NCBI RefSeq assembly: GCF_943372915.1
Contig: NZ_CALSAN010000010.1
Location: 68,891-132,890, forward strand
Reading direction: 5' to 3'
Length of the DNA stretch: 64,000 bases
DNA from: Ferrovibrio terrae
GTDB taxonomy: Bacteria > Pseudomonadota > Alphaproteobacteria > Ferrovibrionales > Ferrovibrionaceae
Within the stretch, counting starts at the first letter, position 1. Each line of letters starts with the position of its first letter. Under the pieces are notes generated by a model. The model did not search any database. It saw nothing but the letters and a program-made list of their open reading frames with translations, and was not told the DNA's origin. The position numbers were made by a program, and so were the translations under genes. Positions 10,451 to 19,713 of the stretch are shown one piece after another.

Positions 10451-11998
10451 ATGTCCTCGAATCTGAATCGTACCCTGCAGTTCCGCAAATCCGCCGCCAG
10501 CGGCAAACGGGGCGTTGTCTCGGCCCAGAACCAGAAGGCGGCCGATGTGGGTGCCGAAGTGCTGCGCCAGGGTGGCAATGCCATTGATGCGGCTGTTGCC
10601 ACATCTTTTGCGTTGGGCGTGCTGGAGCCGTGGATGAGCGGCGTCGGCGGTATCGGCTACATGCAGATCTGGGATGCGAAGAAGAAGCAAGGCCATGTGA
10701 TCGATTTCAGTGCGATCAGTGCATCGAAACTCGATCCGTCCGATTACCCACTGGTTGGCGGCCAGGATGACAGCATGTTCGGGTGGCCCAGTGTGGTGGA
10801 GGATCGTAACATCTACGGCTATTCCTCCATGGCTCTGCCCGGCGTGGTGGACGGCATGCGGCTGGCGCATGCAACTTTCGGCACGCGCAACTGGGCCGAG
10901 TTGCTGGCCCCGGCTATCGAACTGGCGCGGCGCGGCATGGAGATCGACTGGTTCCTGGTGCTGCAGGTAACGAATGCCGCGCGTGCATTGATCAAGTCGC
11001 CGGCAGCGAAAGCTGTGTTCCTCGCCGATGGCCTGCCGCCCGCAGTGGAAGCGGGCGGTTACCTGAAGAATGATGCGCTGCTCGCCACGCTGCAGCGGCT
11101 GGCCAAAGCCGGCGGCCGCGACTATTACGAAGGCGAGCTGGCGAAAAGCATCGCCAGCGATCTCGCCAAGGGTGGATCGAAGATTTCCGCCGATGACCTG
11201 CGCAGCTACAAGGCCCGTCTGGTCGAACCGCTGCGCTACAGTTATGGCGGCAAGACCCTGCATCTGCCGCCCAATCTCACTGCCGGGCCGAGTCTGCGCG
11301 ATGCGCTGGAAATCGCCGGCCCGAAGCTGGATCGCAAGGGTCTCTCGGCACAGAGCTTTGTCGCCTATATCGAAGGGCTGACGGCAGCTTACGAAAAGCG
11401 GCTTGCTGGCATGGGCGATTCTGACAACGGCAAGAGTTGCACCAGCAATTTCTGCGTCGTGGATTCCGACGGCAACATGGTGGCGGTGACGCAGACTCTG
11501 CTGGCTGCTTTCGGCAGCTGCACGATGCTGCCCGGCAGCGGCATCACCATGAATAACGGCATCATGTGGTTTGATCCGACGCCGGGCAAACCGAACTCCA
11601 TCGGTGCCGGCAAGCGACCGCTCAGCAATATGTTGCCGACTGTGGTGCTGGATGGCGACACGTCGCTGTTTGCGGTCGGTGCGTCAGGCGGGCGACGCAT
11701 CATGCCCGCCGTCATGCAGATCATCTCGTTCCTGGTCGATTACGGCATGCCGCTGGAGGCCGCCTTCCATCAACCGCGCATCGATGCCAGCATCATGGGG
11801 CAGCCCTGGTATGACCCGCAGCACGATCTGGCGGTGCAGGACGCCGTGAAGGCGAAATTCCCCGGTGCGGTGCCGAAGCGCCGCGACCCGTTGCCGCTGA
11901 ACTATGCCTGCCCGGCCGTAGCGATGCTGAATGCCGACGGCAGCTGCAGCGGCATGACCGAGATTGCGCAACCTTGGGCCAGCAGTTCTGCCGCCTAA
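10451..11998 (+). CDS. Gamma-glutamyltransferase family (Ntn) hydrolase
   Basis: GGNAIDAAVA, EPWMSGVGG, nucleophile region CTSNFCVVD, GITMNNG, KRPLSNM, GASGGRRI. Confidence 0.9.
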   Translation: MSSNLNRTLQFRKSAASGKRGVVSAQNQKAADVGAEVLRQGGNAIDAAVATSFALGVLEPWMSGVGGIGYMQIWDAKKKQGHVIDFSAISASKLDPSDYPLVGGQDDSMFGWPSVVEDRNIYGYSSMALPGVVDGMRLAHATFGTRNWAELLAPAIELARRGMEIDWFLVLQVTNAARALIKSPAAKAVFLADGLPPAVEAGGYLKNDALLATLQRLAKAGGRDYYEGELAKSIASDLAKGGSKISADDLRSYKARLVEPLRYSYGGKTLHLPPNLTAGPSLRDALEIAGPKLDRKGLSAQSFVAYIEGLTAAYEKRLAGMGDSDNGKSCTSNFCVVDSDGNMVAVTQTLLAAFGSCTMLPGSGITMNNGIMWFDPTPGKPNSIGAGKRPLSNMLPTVVLDGDTSLFAVGASGGRRIMPAVMQIISFLVDYGMPLEAAFHQPRIDASIMGQPWYDPQHDLAVQDAVKAKFPGAVPKRRDPLPLNYACPAVAMLNADGSCSGMTEIAQPWASSSAA

Positions 11999-12026
11999 GA
12001 CACTGGAATTACAGGATAAATTCTAC

Positions 12027-12092
12027 CCGGGTTGCTTGGCGGCCCCGGTGGCCGTATATCCCGGCCGCCGCCATACCTTTTTGCGGTAAGGA
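12027..12092 (+). promoter_or_regulatory. Structured 5' leader with alternative helices that can hide or expose the RBS (riboswitch candidate)
   Basis: CCGGG/CCCGG stem (12027-31/12044-48) with 12-nt loop; hairpin 12050-66; CCTT 12076-79 pairs with AAGG of the SD; competing helix 12037-43/12067-73. Confidence 0.4.
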
Positions 12093-12099
12093 ACCTGCC

Positions 12100-12657
12100 A
12101 TGGATCGTCAGCGTCTCGAAGGCTTTACCTATCTCGCCGGCTTTATTGCCTGCGTGCCTGCTGCCAACTGGCTGATCGGCAATGTCGGCACCGTCTGCAT
12201 TCCGCAGGGGCCGTGCCTGATCCCGGTCGCCCCCTTTGGCATCACGGCCCCCAGTGGCGTGCTGATGATCGGCCTGGCCCTGGTGCTGCGCGATCTGGTG
12301 CAGCGGCGGCTCGGCAAGGCCTGGACGCTGGGTGCGATCCTGGTCGGCGCGGCGCTCTCGGGCCTGGTGGCGCCGCCGGCCCTGGTGATCGCTTCGGCGG
12401 TGGCGTTCCTGCTGTCTGAACTGGCCGACTTCGCCGTCTATACGCCGCTGCAGAAGCGCGGCCTGATCCGTGCCGTGGTGCTGTCCAGCCTGGTCGGCCT
12501 CTGTGTCGACTCGGTGGCGTTTCTCTATCTGGCGTTTGGCAGCCTCGACTATCTGGCTGGCCAGATCATCGGCAAAGCCTGGATGGTGCTGCTCAGCATC
12601 CCGGTGATCCGCCTGCTGCGCGACCGCGACCAGCGGCTTGGCATCGCCGCGCTGTAA
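12100..12657 (+). CDS. VUT/QPTR family queuosine precursor transporter (YhhQ/DUF165-like)
   Basis: Hydrophobic 185 aa; AANWL, GLALVLRDLVQRRLG, ASAVAFLLSELADFAVY, DSVAF, GQIIGK; TAAGGA RBS. Confidence 0.8.
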   Translation: MDRQRLEGFTYLAGFIACVPAANWLIGNVGTVCIPQGPCLIPVAPFGITAPSGVLMIGLALVLRDLVQRRLGKAWTLGAILVGAALSGLVAPPALVIASAVAFLLSELADFAVYTPLQKRGLIRAVVLSSLVGLCVDSVAFLYLAFGSLDYLAGQIIGKAWMVLLSIPVIRLLRDRDQRLGIAAL

Positions 12658-12660
12658 CTG

Positions 12661-12686
12661 AAAAGGCGGCTCAGGGGCCGCCTTTT
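12661..12686. terminator. Bidirectional rho-independent terminator between convergent QPTR and queC
   Basis: AAAAGGCGGC-tcaggg-GCCGCCTTTT; overlaps the queC stop codon. Confidence 0.75.
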
Positions 12687-13396
12687 TCTCTTTTCGCCTT
12701 CATCTGGGCGATGGCCTGCAGCCAGTAATCCGTGTCTTCATACTGCGTCGGGTCTGGCACATCGGCCAGATGGAAAGCCTCGCGCCGTTCCACGCAGGTG
12801 CCGCAGCGACCGCAATGGGCCGCGCCACCCTTGTAGCAGCTCCAGGTCAAATGATAGGGCACGCCGAGCCGGGCGCCTTCGGCCACGATGCCGGCCTTGT
12901 CGGTGCCGGTGAAAGGGGCGTAAAGCTCGACCTCCCACATGTCTTCCAGCGCACAGGCCTGCATGGCCCGGAAGGCTTCCACGAAAGCCGGCCGGCAGTC
13001 GGGGTAAATGAAATGATCGCCGCTATGCACGGCAATGCCAACCGCGCCGGCCTTGGCACCGGCCGCAATGCCGAAAGCGATGCTCAGCATGATGGCATTG
13101 CGGTTCGGCACCACGGTCGACTTCATGTTGTCCTGGGCGTAATGCCCATCCGGCACGGCGTCGCCGCCGCTGATCAGCGAGCTGGAGGTCAGGAAGCGGC
13201 CGAGGCTGGTGATATCCACCACATCGTGGCGGGTACCGAGTTCGGCTGCGATGCGCGCGGCATGCTCGATTTCGCGCCGGTGGCGTTGGCCATAGTCGAA
13301 GGAAATCAGGCGGTCGAGCTTGCGCTCGGCCGCCACCTTATAAGCCAGGGTGACGGAATCGATGCCACCCGAGCACAGAACGACCGTACTGCTCAT
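12671..13396 (-). CDS. queC: 7-cyano-7-deazaguanine synthase
   Basis: SGGIDS PP-loop, FDYGQRH, VPNRN, YPDCR, Zn motif SCY..CGRCGTC; start overlaps the TRAP permease stop by 4 nt. Confidence 0.93.
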   Translation of the reverse strand: MSSTVVLCSGGIDSVTLAYKVAAERKLDRLISFDYGQRHRREIEHAARIAAELGTRHDVVDITSLGRFLTSSSLISGGDAVPDGHYAQDNMKSTVVPNRNAIMLSIAFGIAAGAKAGAVGIAVHSGDHFIYPDCRPAFVEAFRAMQACALEDMWEVELYAPFTGTDKAGIVAEGARLGVPYHLTWSCYKGGAAHCGRCGTCVERREAFHLADVPDPTQYEDTDYWLQAIAQMKAKREKGGP

Positions 13397-15984
13397 GCCG
13401 AGACCAAGGCCGCCGCTTTCCTGCGGCGCAGCTGCAGCAGCACGATGAGGCCGAGCAGGGCGAGGGCTGGCAGATAGACCAGATGCTTGCTGGGGCGTTC
13501 GGCCGGCAGCAGCACATGCTCGATGGTGAAGCCGCCTTCCAGGCCGACACGCTTGGCCGCCGAACCGAATTTGATGGCGCCGATCTGCATCTTGTCGCCC
13601 ATCCGTGCTAGCGTCAGGCCGGCATCGGCCAGTCGCTTGCGGCCTTCGCCGGGCGCGGCCAGCGGCAGGCTGATGGTCTTGGTGACATCCTCGCCTTCCA
13701 GCGTGGTGCCGGCCACCACCAGCAGCAGGCGGCCATCCTCGGGCAGCCTGGCGGCGATATCATAGACCTGGGCTGCAGGAGCCTGCAGATAAGGCTCATG
13801 CAGCTTGTCCATGAAGAAACCGGGACGAAACATGGCAAAGCAGATCAGCAGCAGCAATGCCGATTCCCACAGTTTGCTCTTGGTCAGGAACCAGCCCATG
13901 GTGCCGGCGGCAAACAGCAGGATCGCAACCGTGGAGATGACCACCACGAGAATGGCTTCACCGGTGCTGCCGATATCGATCAGCAGCAGTTGCGGATTGA
14001 AGATGAACACAAAGGGCAGTACGGCCGTTCGCATCGAATAGATCGTGCCCTGAAGGCCGGTCTTGATCGGGTCTTCGCCAGAGATCGCCGCAGCTGCAAA
14101 CGAGGCGAGGCCCACCGGCGGCGTCACGTCAGCCATGATGCCGAAATAGAAAACGAACATATGCACCGCGATCAGCGGAATGGCGAGACCGGCCTGGGCG
14201 CCCAGCTCCACGATCACCGGCGCCATCAGGGTGGCGACGAGGATGTAATTCGCCGTGGTTGGAATGCCCATGCCGAGGATCAGGCAGATGAAGGCGGTCA
14301 GGAACAGCATGATCATGACATTACCGCCTGACAGGAACTCGACGAAGTCGGTCATCATCAGGCCCATGCCGGTCAGCGTCACGGTACCGACGATGATGCC
14401 GGCGGTCGCTGTGGCGATACCGATACCGATCATGTTGCGGGCGCCCAGATTGAAGCCATCGACCAGATCGGCAAGGCCCTGCTTCAGGGCTGCGACGATC
14501 TCGCGGCTGCCGCGGAATGCCACAATAATCGGCCGTTGTGTCACCACGATGCCCATCACCGATGCGGTGGCCCAGAAAGCTGATAGGCCCGGCGACATCT
14601 CCTCCACCATCAGGCACCATAGCAGCACGATGATCGGCAGGGTGAAATGCAGACCGGTGCGCGCCACGGCCCAGGCTTCCGGGATCTTGATATTCGGATT
14701 GCTGGCGTCATCGAGTTCCAGGTCGGGGAACTTGGCGGCATACCATAGTGAAACCAGATACAGGCCGATGCCACCGATGGCGAGCAGCCAGGGTGCGGCG
14801 ACGCCGAACACCGCCTGGATGCCGAGCACGAGGTAATACAAGCCGCAAATGAAGGCGACGGTGCCGCTCCAGCCAAGCAGCTGACGCAACCAGAATTCGC
14901 CGCGCGGCCGGTTCACGGCCCGCTCCAGCGGCTTGGCATTGATCTTCTGTGCTTCCAGGTCGACGATGTAGAACAGCGCGATGTAGGAGATCACGGCTGG
15001 CAGGAAGGCGTGCTTGACGATATCGGAATAGGGCAGGCCGACATATTCCGTCATCAGGAAGGCCGCAGCACCCATCACCGGCGGCATGATCTGGCCGTTG
15101 ACCGAAGACGCGGTCTCGATGGCGCCGGCCTTCACGCCCGACAGACCGGTACGCTTCATCATCGGGATGGTGAAGATACCGCCGGAAACCACGTTGGACA
15201 CCGAGGAGCCGGACACCACTCCGTTCAGCGCCGACGACACCACGGCCACCTTGGCGGGGCCGCCGCGCAGATGGCCGAGCAGGGCGACGGAGATCTGCAT
15301 CATCCAGTTGCCACCGCCGGCCTTTTCCAGCAGCGAGCCGAACAGCACGAACAGGAAGACAAAGCCGGCGGAAACGCCCAGGGCGACGCCGAAGACACCT
15401 TCCGTGGTCAGCCATTGATGCTGCAGGAATTTGGTGAGCGAGGCGCCCTTGTGCTGGATCACATCCGGCATCCACGGGCCGGTGAAGGTGAAGGCGATAA
15501 AGACCGCGGCGACGATCACCATCGGCGGGCCGAGCGAGCGGCGGGTGGCTTCCAGCAGCAGCAGCAGGCCGATACCCGAGGCGACCAGGTCGTACCAGGT
15601 GGGCTGGCCGGGACGCAGCGCCAGGTCGCGGTAAAACAGGAACAGGTAGGAGGCGGCAAAGGCACCAGCCAGCGCGAAAATCCAGTCGAACAGTGGAATG
15701 TAGCTGCGCGGCGACCGCTTGAAGGCGGGGTAGCAGGTGAAAGCCAGGAAGACCGAGAAGCCGAGATGGATAGCGCGGGCTTCGGTGTCGTTGAGGATGA
15801 AGACGCCCAGCAGGAAGGGCAGCGGCGAGGCATACCAGACCTGGAATGCAGACCAGGCCACGGCGACGATCAGGATGATCCGGGCGACCATGCCCTGCGG
15901 ATCGCGGCCGCCAAGGTCGGCTTCCTTGACGAGATTCTGCAGTTCCTGCTCGGTGGCCGATCGGCCGCTTGTGCTGGTGGTCAT
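13393..15984 (-). CDS. TAXI-TRAP fused 4TM/12TM permease with C-terminal extension
   Basis: GQIMPPVMGAAAF, LGMGIPTTANY, HMFVFYFGIMADVTPPV; about 20 TM segments. Confidence 0.92.
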   Translation of the reverse strand: MTTSTSGRSATEQELQNLVKEADLGGRDPQGMVARIILIVAVAWSAFQVWYASPLPFLLGVFILNDTEARAIHLGFSVFLAFTCYPAFKRSPRSYIPLFDWIFALAGAFAASYLFLFYRDLALRPGQPTWYDLVASGIGLLLLLEATRRSLGPPMVIVAAVFIAFTFTGPWMPDVIQHKGASLTKFLQHQWLTTEGVFGVALGVSAGFVFLFVLFGSLLEKAGGGNWMMQISVALLGHLRGGPAKVAVVSSALNGVVSGSSVSNVVSGGIFTIPMMKRTGLSGVKAGAIETASSVNGQIMPPVMGAAAFLMTEYVGLPYSDIVKHAFLPAVISYIALFYIVDLEAQKINAKPLERAVNRPRGEFWLRQLLGWSGTVAFICGLYYLVLGIQAVFGVAAPWLLAIGGIGLYLVSLWYAAKFPDLELDDASNPNIKIPEAWAVARTGLHFTLPIIVLLWCLMVEEMSPGLSAFWATASVMGIVVTQRPIIVAFRGSREIVAALKQGLADLVDGFNLGARNMIGIGIATATAGIIVGTVTLTGMGLMMTDFVEFLSGGNVMIMLFLTAFICLILGMGIPTTANYILVATLMAPVIVELGAQAGLAIPLIAVHMFVFYFGIMADVTPPVGLASFAAAAISGEDPIKTGLQGTIYSMRTAVLPFVFIFNPQLLLIDIGSTGEAILVVVISTVAILLFAAGTMGWFLTKSKLWESALLLLICFAMFRPGFFMDKLHEPYLQAPAAQVYDIAARLPEDGRLLLVVAGTTLEGEDVTKTISLPLAAPGEGRKRLADAGLTLARMGDKMQIGAIKFGSAAKRVGLEGGFTIEHVLLPAERPSKHLVYLPALALLGLIVLLQLRRRKAAALVSA

Positions 15985-16018
15985 GGTGATCCCCGGATTT
16001 CAGTTTGGTCTTCTACTT

Positions 16019-16055
16019 AAAAAAAAAGCCGGCCCGTTCCTGGAAACGGGCCGGC
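16019..16055 (-). terminator. Internal rho-independent terminator/attenuator after the TAXI binding-protein gene
   Basis: Minus strand GCCGGCCCGTT-6nt-AACGGGCCGGC followed by T9. Confidence 0.8.
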
Positions 16056-16075
16056 TCTGCAAACATGCGTCGGGC

Positions 16076-17053
16076 TTACATCAGGCCCTTTTCCTTGTAG
16101 TACTTCACCGCGCCGTCATGCAGCGGGGCCGAGTTGCCGTCCTTGATCATCGCCTTCTGGTCAAGCGTGGCGAAGGCCGGATGCAGCTTCTTGAACTCGT
16201 CGAAGTTTTCGTACACCGCCTTGACCAGCTGATAGACGGTTTCGTTGTCAACCTTTGTCGAGCTGACCAGGGTGGCGAGCACGCCATAGGTCTGGGTCGG
16301 CTGGGGGTTGTTGTTATACAGGCCAGCCGGGATGGTCGCCTTGGCGAAATAAGAGTGCTCGGCGACCAGCTTGTCGACGGCCGGGCCGGTCAGCGAAACC
16401 AGCTTGGCGCCGCAGGTGGTGGTCGGATCCTGGATGTTGGCCGACGGATGGCCAACGCCATAGAAGAAGCCGTCGATCTTGTTGTCGCACAGTGCCGGGC
16501 CATGCTCGTCAGCCTTCAGCTCGGAGGCCAGTGCGAAGTCGGTCAGTTTCCAGCCCATGGTGCTGAGCAGCTGTTCCATCGAGGCGCGGGTGCCCGAACC
16601 GGGGTTGCCGACGTTGAAGCGCTTGCCCTTGAAGTCTTCGAACTTGGTGATGTTGGCTTCCTTGCGGGCCAGCACGGTGAAGGGCTCCGGATGGATCGAG
16701 AAGACCGAGCGCAGATCGCTGAAGGCGCCAGCATCCTTGAAACTGCCAACACCCTTGTAGGCATTGTAATGGACATCGGACTGGGTGGTGCCGAAGTCCA
16801 GCTCGCCGGCCTTGATGGTGTTGACGTTATAAGCCGAGCCTCCGGTCGACTCGACCGAGCAGCGGATGCCATGGGCCTTGCGGTCCTTGTTGAGCAGACG
16901 GCAGATCGCGCCGCCGGCGGCGTAATACACACCGGTCACGCCACCGGTGCCGATGGTGACGAATTTCTGCTGTGCCATGCTCGCGCCGGGCAGGGCGGCG
17001 AGCAGGGCCGCGCCGAAGGCACCGATGGCGAGGTGCTTGGTTTCAAACAGCAT
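16076..17053 (-). CDS. TAXI family TRAP solute-binding protein
   Basis: Signal peptide, [39 protein letters not shown]. Confidence 0.93.
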   Translation of the reverse strand: MLFETKHLAIGAFGAALLAALPGASMAQQKFVTIGTGGVTGVYYAAGGAICRLLNKDRKAHGIRCSVESTGGSAYNVNTIKAGELDFGTTQSDVHYNAYKGVGSFKDAGAFSDLRSVFSIHPEPFTVLARKEANITKFEDFKGKRFNVGNPGSGTRASMEQLLSTMGWKLTDFALASELKADEHGPALCDNKIDGFFYGVGHPSANIQDPTTTCGAKLVSLTGPAVDKLVAEHSYFAKATIPAGLYNNNPQPTQTYGVLATLVSSTKVDNETVYQLVKAVYENFDEFKKLHPAFATLDQKAMIKDGNSAPLHDGAVKYYKEKGLM

Positions 17054-17357
17054 GGTTGACTTCTCCTCCGTGAACGGCCGCTGCCGAGATTGGCGGCGGC
17101 CAGGCTTGTAAGCGCCGGCCGGGACTGCAAGAGCCCGTGACGGCGGCTGTATCGGGATAGACGCGGAACCGGGTCTGTGGTGTTCCGGATGTCAATGCTC
17201 CGGATATCATGTCAGACCATTCGCCGTCGCCGCTCCCCGATGCGGCGCCAGCCAGTTCCTGTGCCCCTGTGATAACTGAACAGCACAGCTTTTCTGCCAT
17301 GCGTATCGATACCGCGTCCATAACCCAAGGGTATGGATACGGTTTGTCGGCGTTTCG

Positions 17358-18281
17358 TCAAGTCCGATATGCTTTTTCTGACGGTCCCAGCTGCCCGGTA
17401 ATGGTCTTTTCCGTCAAAGCCAGCATGGCACTGAATTTGCGTGCCAGCACCGAGGCCGGCTGGTGCTTGGCGCGGAGTGTGTGCACCGCGAAATCAATCC
17501 GCGGGATCAAGGGGCGTGCGACCACCAGGGATTTGTCATGGGCTGCTGCGGTATACTGGTCGACGATGGCGGCGCCGGCACCGCGCGACACCAGTGCCAG
17601 GGCGATCTGGTTGGTCTTGACCTCGACAATCGGCTGCAACTCGACGCCAGACAGCTTTACGGCTGCACTGAAGGCGGCCCCCAGCGGATCGTCGCTGCGC
17701 AGGCCGATGAAGGGATGCTTGCGAAACCACTCAAGCTTCACCGTTGCCGGCAGTTGCGATTCCATCGACTTGGGGAAAATGCCAAAGAACTGCGCCGGAG
17801 CAAGCGTCTGGATGTCCAACCCGGGATGCGCCTGCACGTCGAAACCAATGCCAAGATCGACCTCATGGTTCAGCACAACACGTACAAGGTCGGCATATTG
17901 CCGGCTTTCGACTTCAAAGCTGACATCGGCATGCTTCTGGCGGAAGCGTGTGATCGCCAGCGGGATCAGATCGACGCAGAGCGCCGGGGCCGCGGCGATG
18001 CGCAGATGCCCGCTGGTGGCGGCCCCCAGATTGCGCGACAGTTTGCGCAGGTTGTCCAGGCCGCTGATGATGCGCTCGCTTTCGGCATGCAGCACCTGGC
18101 CCTCGCGGGTCGGCAGCAGACGGCCTTTCACGCGGTCGAACAGTTTGTAGCCGAGTTGATCCTCTGCCCGCAGCAGCAGGCGGGTCGCCGCAGGTTGCGA
18201 GATATTGAGCAGCTTGGCGGCGGCAGTGATCGTGCCGGTCAGCATGATCGCATGAAAGACTTCGAGATGACGCAGTTGCAT
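17358..18281 (-). CDS. LysR family transcriptional regulator
   Basis: MQLRHLEVF..GTITAAAKLLNISQPAATR HTH; start reassigned to ATG 18281; divergent from dadA. Confidence 0.9.
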   Translation of the reverse strand: MQLRHLEVFHAIMLTGTITAAAKLLNISQPAATRLLLRAEDQLGYKLFDRVKGRLLPTREGQVLHAESERIISGLDNLRKLSRNLGAATSGHLRIAAAPALCVDLIPLAITRFRQKHADVSFEVESRQYADLVRVVLNHEVDLGIGFDVQAHPGLDIQTLAPAQFFGIFPKSMESQLPATVKLEWFRKHPFIGLRSDDPLGAAFSAAVKLSGVELQPIVEVKTNQIALALVSRGAGAAIVDQYTAAAHDKSLVVARPLIPRIDFAVHTLRAKHQPASVLARKFSAMLALTEKTITGQLGPSEKAYRT

Positions 18282-18453
18282 GGTTGATCCGATGCGGGCG
18301 ATGCCGGCCACGAAAGAGGCCGCAGGGCAAGACATGGCATAACGCAATGTTATGGGCAACCGCCGGATCGGCAGTGGCCGCGACCACCCGGGCTTCGTAG
18401 CTTGAGGCTGAAAGCTGCAGGCATTTCGGCCGGCGGCATCGATGGGGTGTGCA

Positions 18454-19713
18454 ATGGATATTGTGGTGATCGGCTCGGGTGTGGTCGGCATGACCACGGC
18501 CTGGCGGCTGGCGCGGGATGGCCACCGTGTCACCGTAGTCGACCGTGCACCCACCACTGCCCAGGGCGCCAGCCATGCCAATGGTGCGCAGCTCAGCTAT
18601 TCCTATGTGGCACCGCTGGCCAATCCGTCCGTGTGGTTCGACCTGCCGAAATACCTGTTCGGTCGTCGGTCGCCGATGCGGTTCCGCCCCACCTTCGATC
18701 TGTTTCAGTATCGCTGGCTGCTGAGATTCATGGCGGCCTGCACGCAGAGCGAGGCCCATGCCACCACCGACAAGCTGCTGCGCTTGGCGTATTTAAGCCG
18801 TGACGTACTGCATGGTGCCACCGATATCCGCGGGCTCGATTTCACCTGGACCAAGGCCGGCAAGCTGGTGGTGCAGGGCAGTGCGGCGGGGATGGCCGGT
18901 GCGCGGGCACAGGTGGATTACCAGCGCGGGAAAGGCAGCGTGCAGCAGGTGTTGGATCGCGATGGCTGCCTGAAGATCGAGCCGGCGCTGGCCGGCATAG
19001 CCCATCGTATTGTCGGCGGCGTCTATACCGCGGATGAGGAAGCTGCCGATCCCTACAGGCTCTGCCAGGGCATCGAGGGCCTGCTGTCGGGCGATAACAG
19101 CGGCGTGCGTTTCGTCTATGGCGCCAAGGTGCGCCGCCTGCTGCGCAGTGGCCGCCGCCTGCTCGGCGTGGAAACAGCCGATGGCGATGTGCTGGAAGCG
19201 GATGCCTATGTGCTGGCGGCCGGTGTGGCCAGCCGGCGGCTGGGCCTGACGGCCGGGCTCGATCTGCCGATCTATCCGATCAAGGGCTACAGCCTGTCGC
19301 TGCCGATAGCCAATGACGATGCGGCACCGCGCGTTTCCGTCACCGATACGGAATACAAGGTGGTCTATGCCCGGCTGGGCCAGAAACTGCGCGTCGCCGG
19401 CATGGCCGATATCGTCGGTGTCGATGACAGCATCGATCCGCGGCGGCTTGCATTGCTGGTCAGCCAGGCGCGCGAAACTTTCCCGCAGGCCTCCACCTGG
19501 CAGCAGATGGAACCCTGGACCGGCCTGCGCCCGGCCACACCGAAGGGGCCGCCGATCCTTAGTGCCAGCGGCATCGACAACCTGCTGCTCAATGTGGGCC
19601 ATGGCGCGCTCGGCTTCACCCTGGCCTTCGGCTCGGCTGAGGTGATCGCGGCGGCCCTGGCCGGCCGGCCACTGCCAGTGCCGGCCGAGGATTTTTCCCT
19701 GGCGGCTGCCTAG
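18454..19713 (+). CDS. dadA: D-amino acid dehydrogenase (DadA-like FAD oxidoreductase)
   Basis: IGSGVVG FAD motif, ASHANGAQLSYSY, YPIKGYS, WTGLRPATP, NVGHGALGFT. Substrate not established. Confidence 0.8.
   Translation: MDIVVIGSGVVGMTTAWRLARDGHRVTVVDRAPTTAQGASHANGAQLSYSYVAPLANPSVWFDLPKYLFGRRSPMRFRPTFDLFQYRWLLRFMAACTQSEAHATTDKLLRLAYLSRDVLHGATDIRGLDFTWTKAGKLVVQGSAAGMAGARAQVDYQRGKGSVQQVLDRDGCLKIEPALAGIAHRIVGGVYTADEEAADPYRLCQGIEGLLSGDNSGVRFVYGAKVRRLLRSGRRLLGVETADGDVLEADAYVLAAGVASRRLGLTAGLDLPIYPIKGYSLSLPIANDDAAPRVSVTDTEYKVVYARLGQKLRVAGMADIVGVDDSIDPRRLALLVSQARETFPQASTWQQMEPWTGLRPATPKGPPILSASGIDNLLLNVGHGALGFTLAFGSAEVIAAALAGRPLPVPAEDFSLAAA

Noticed and set aside
17054-17357. Several hairpins in the 300-bp region upstream of the TAXI gene
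   Set aside because: No recognisable riboswitch or sigma54 motif; GC-rich inverted repeats of this size are expected by chance.
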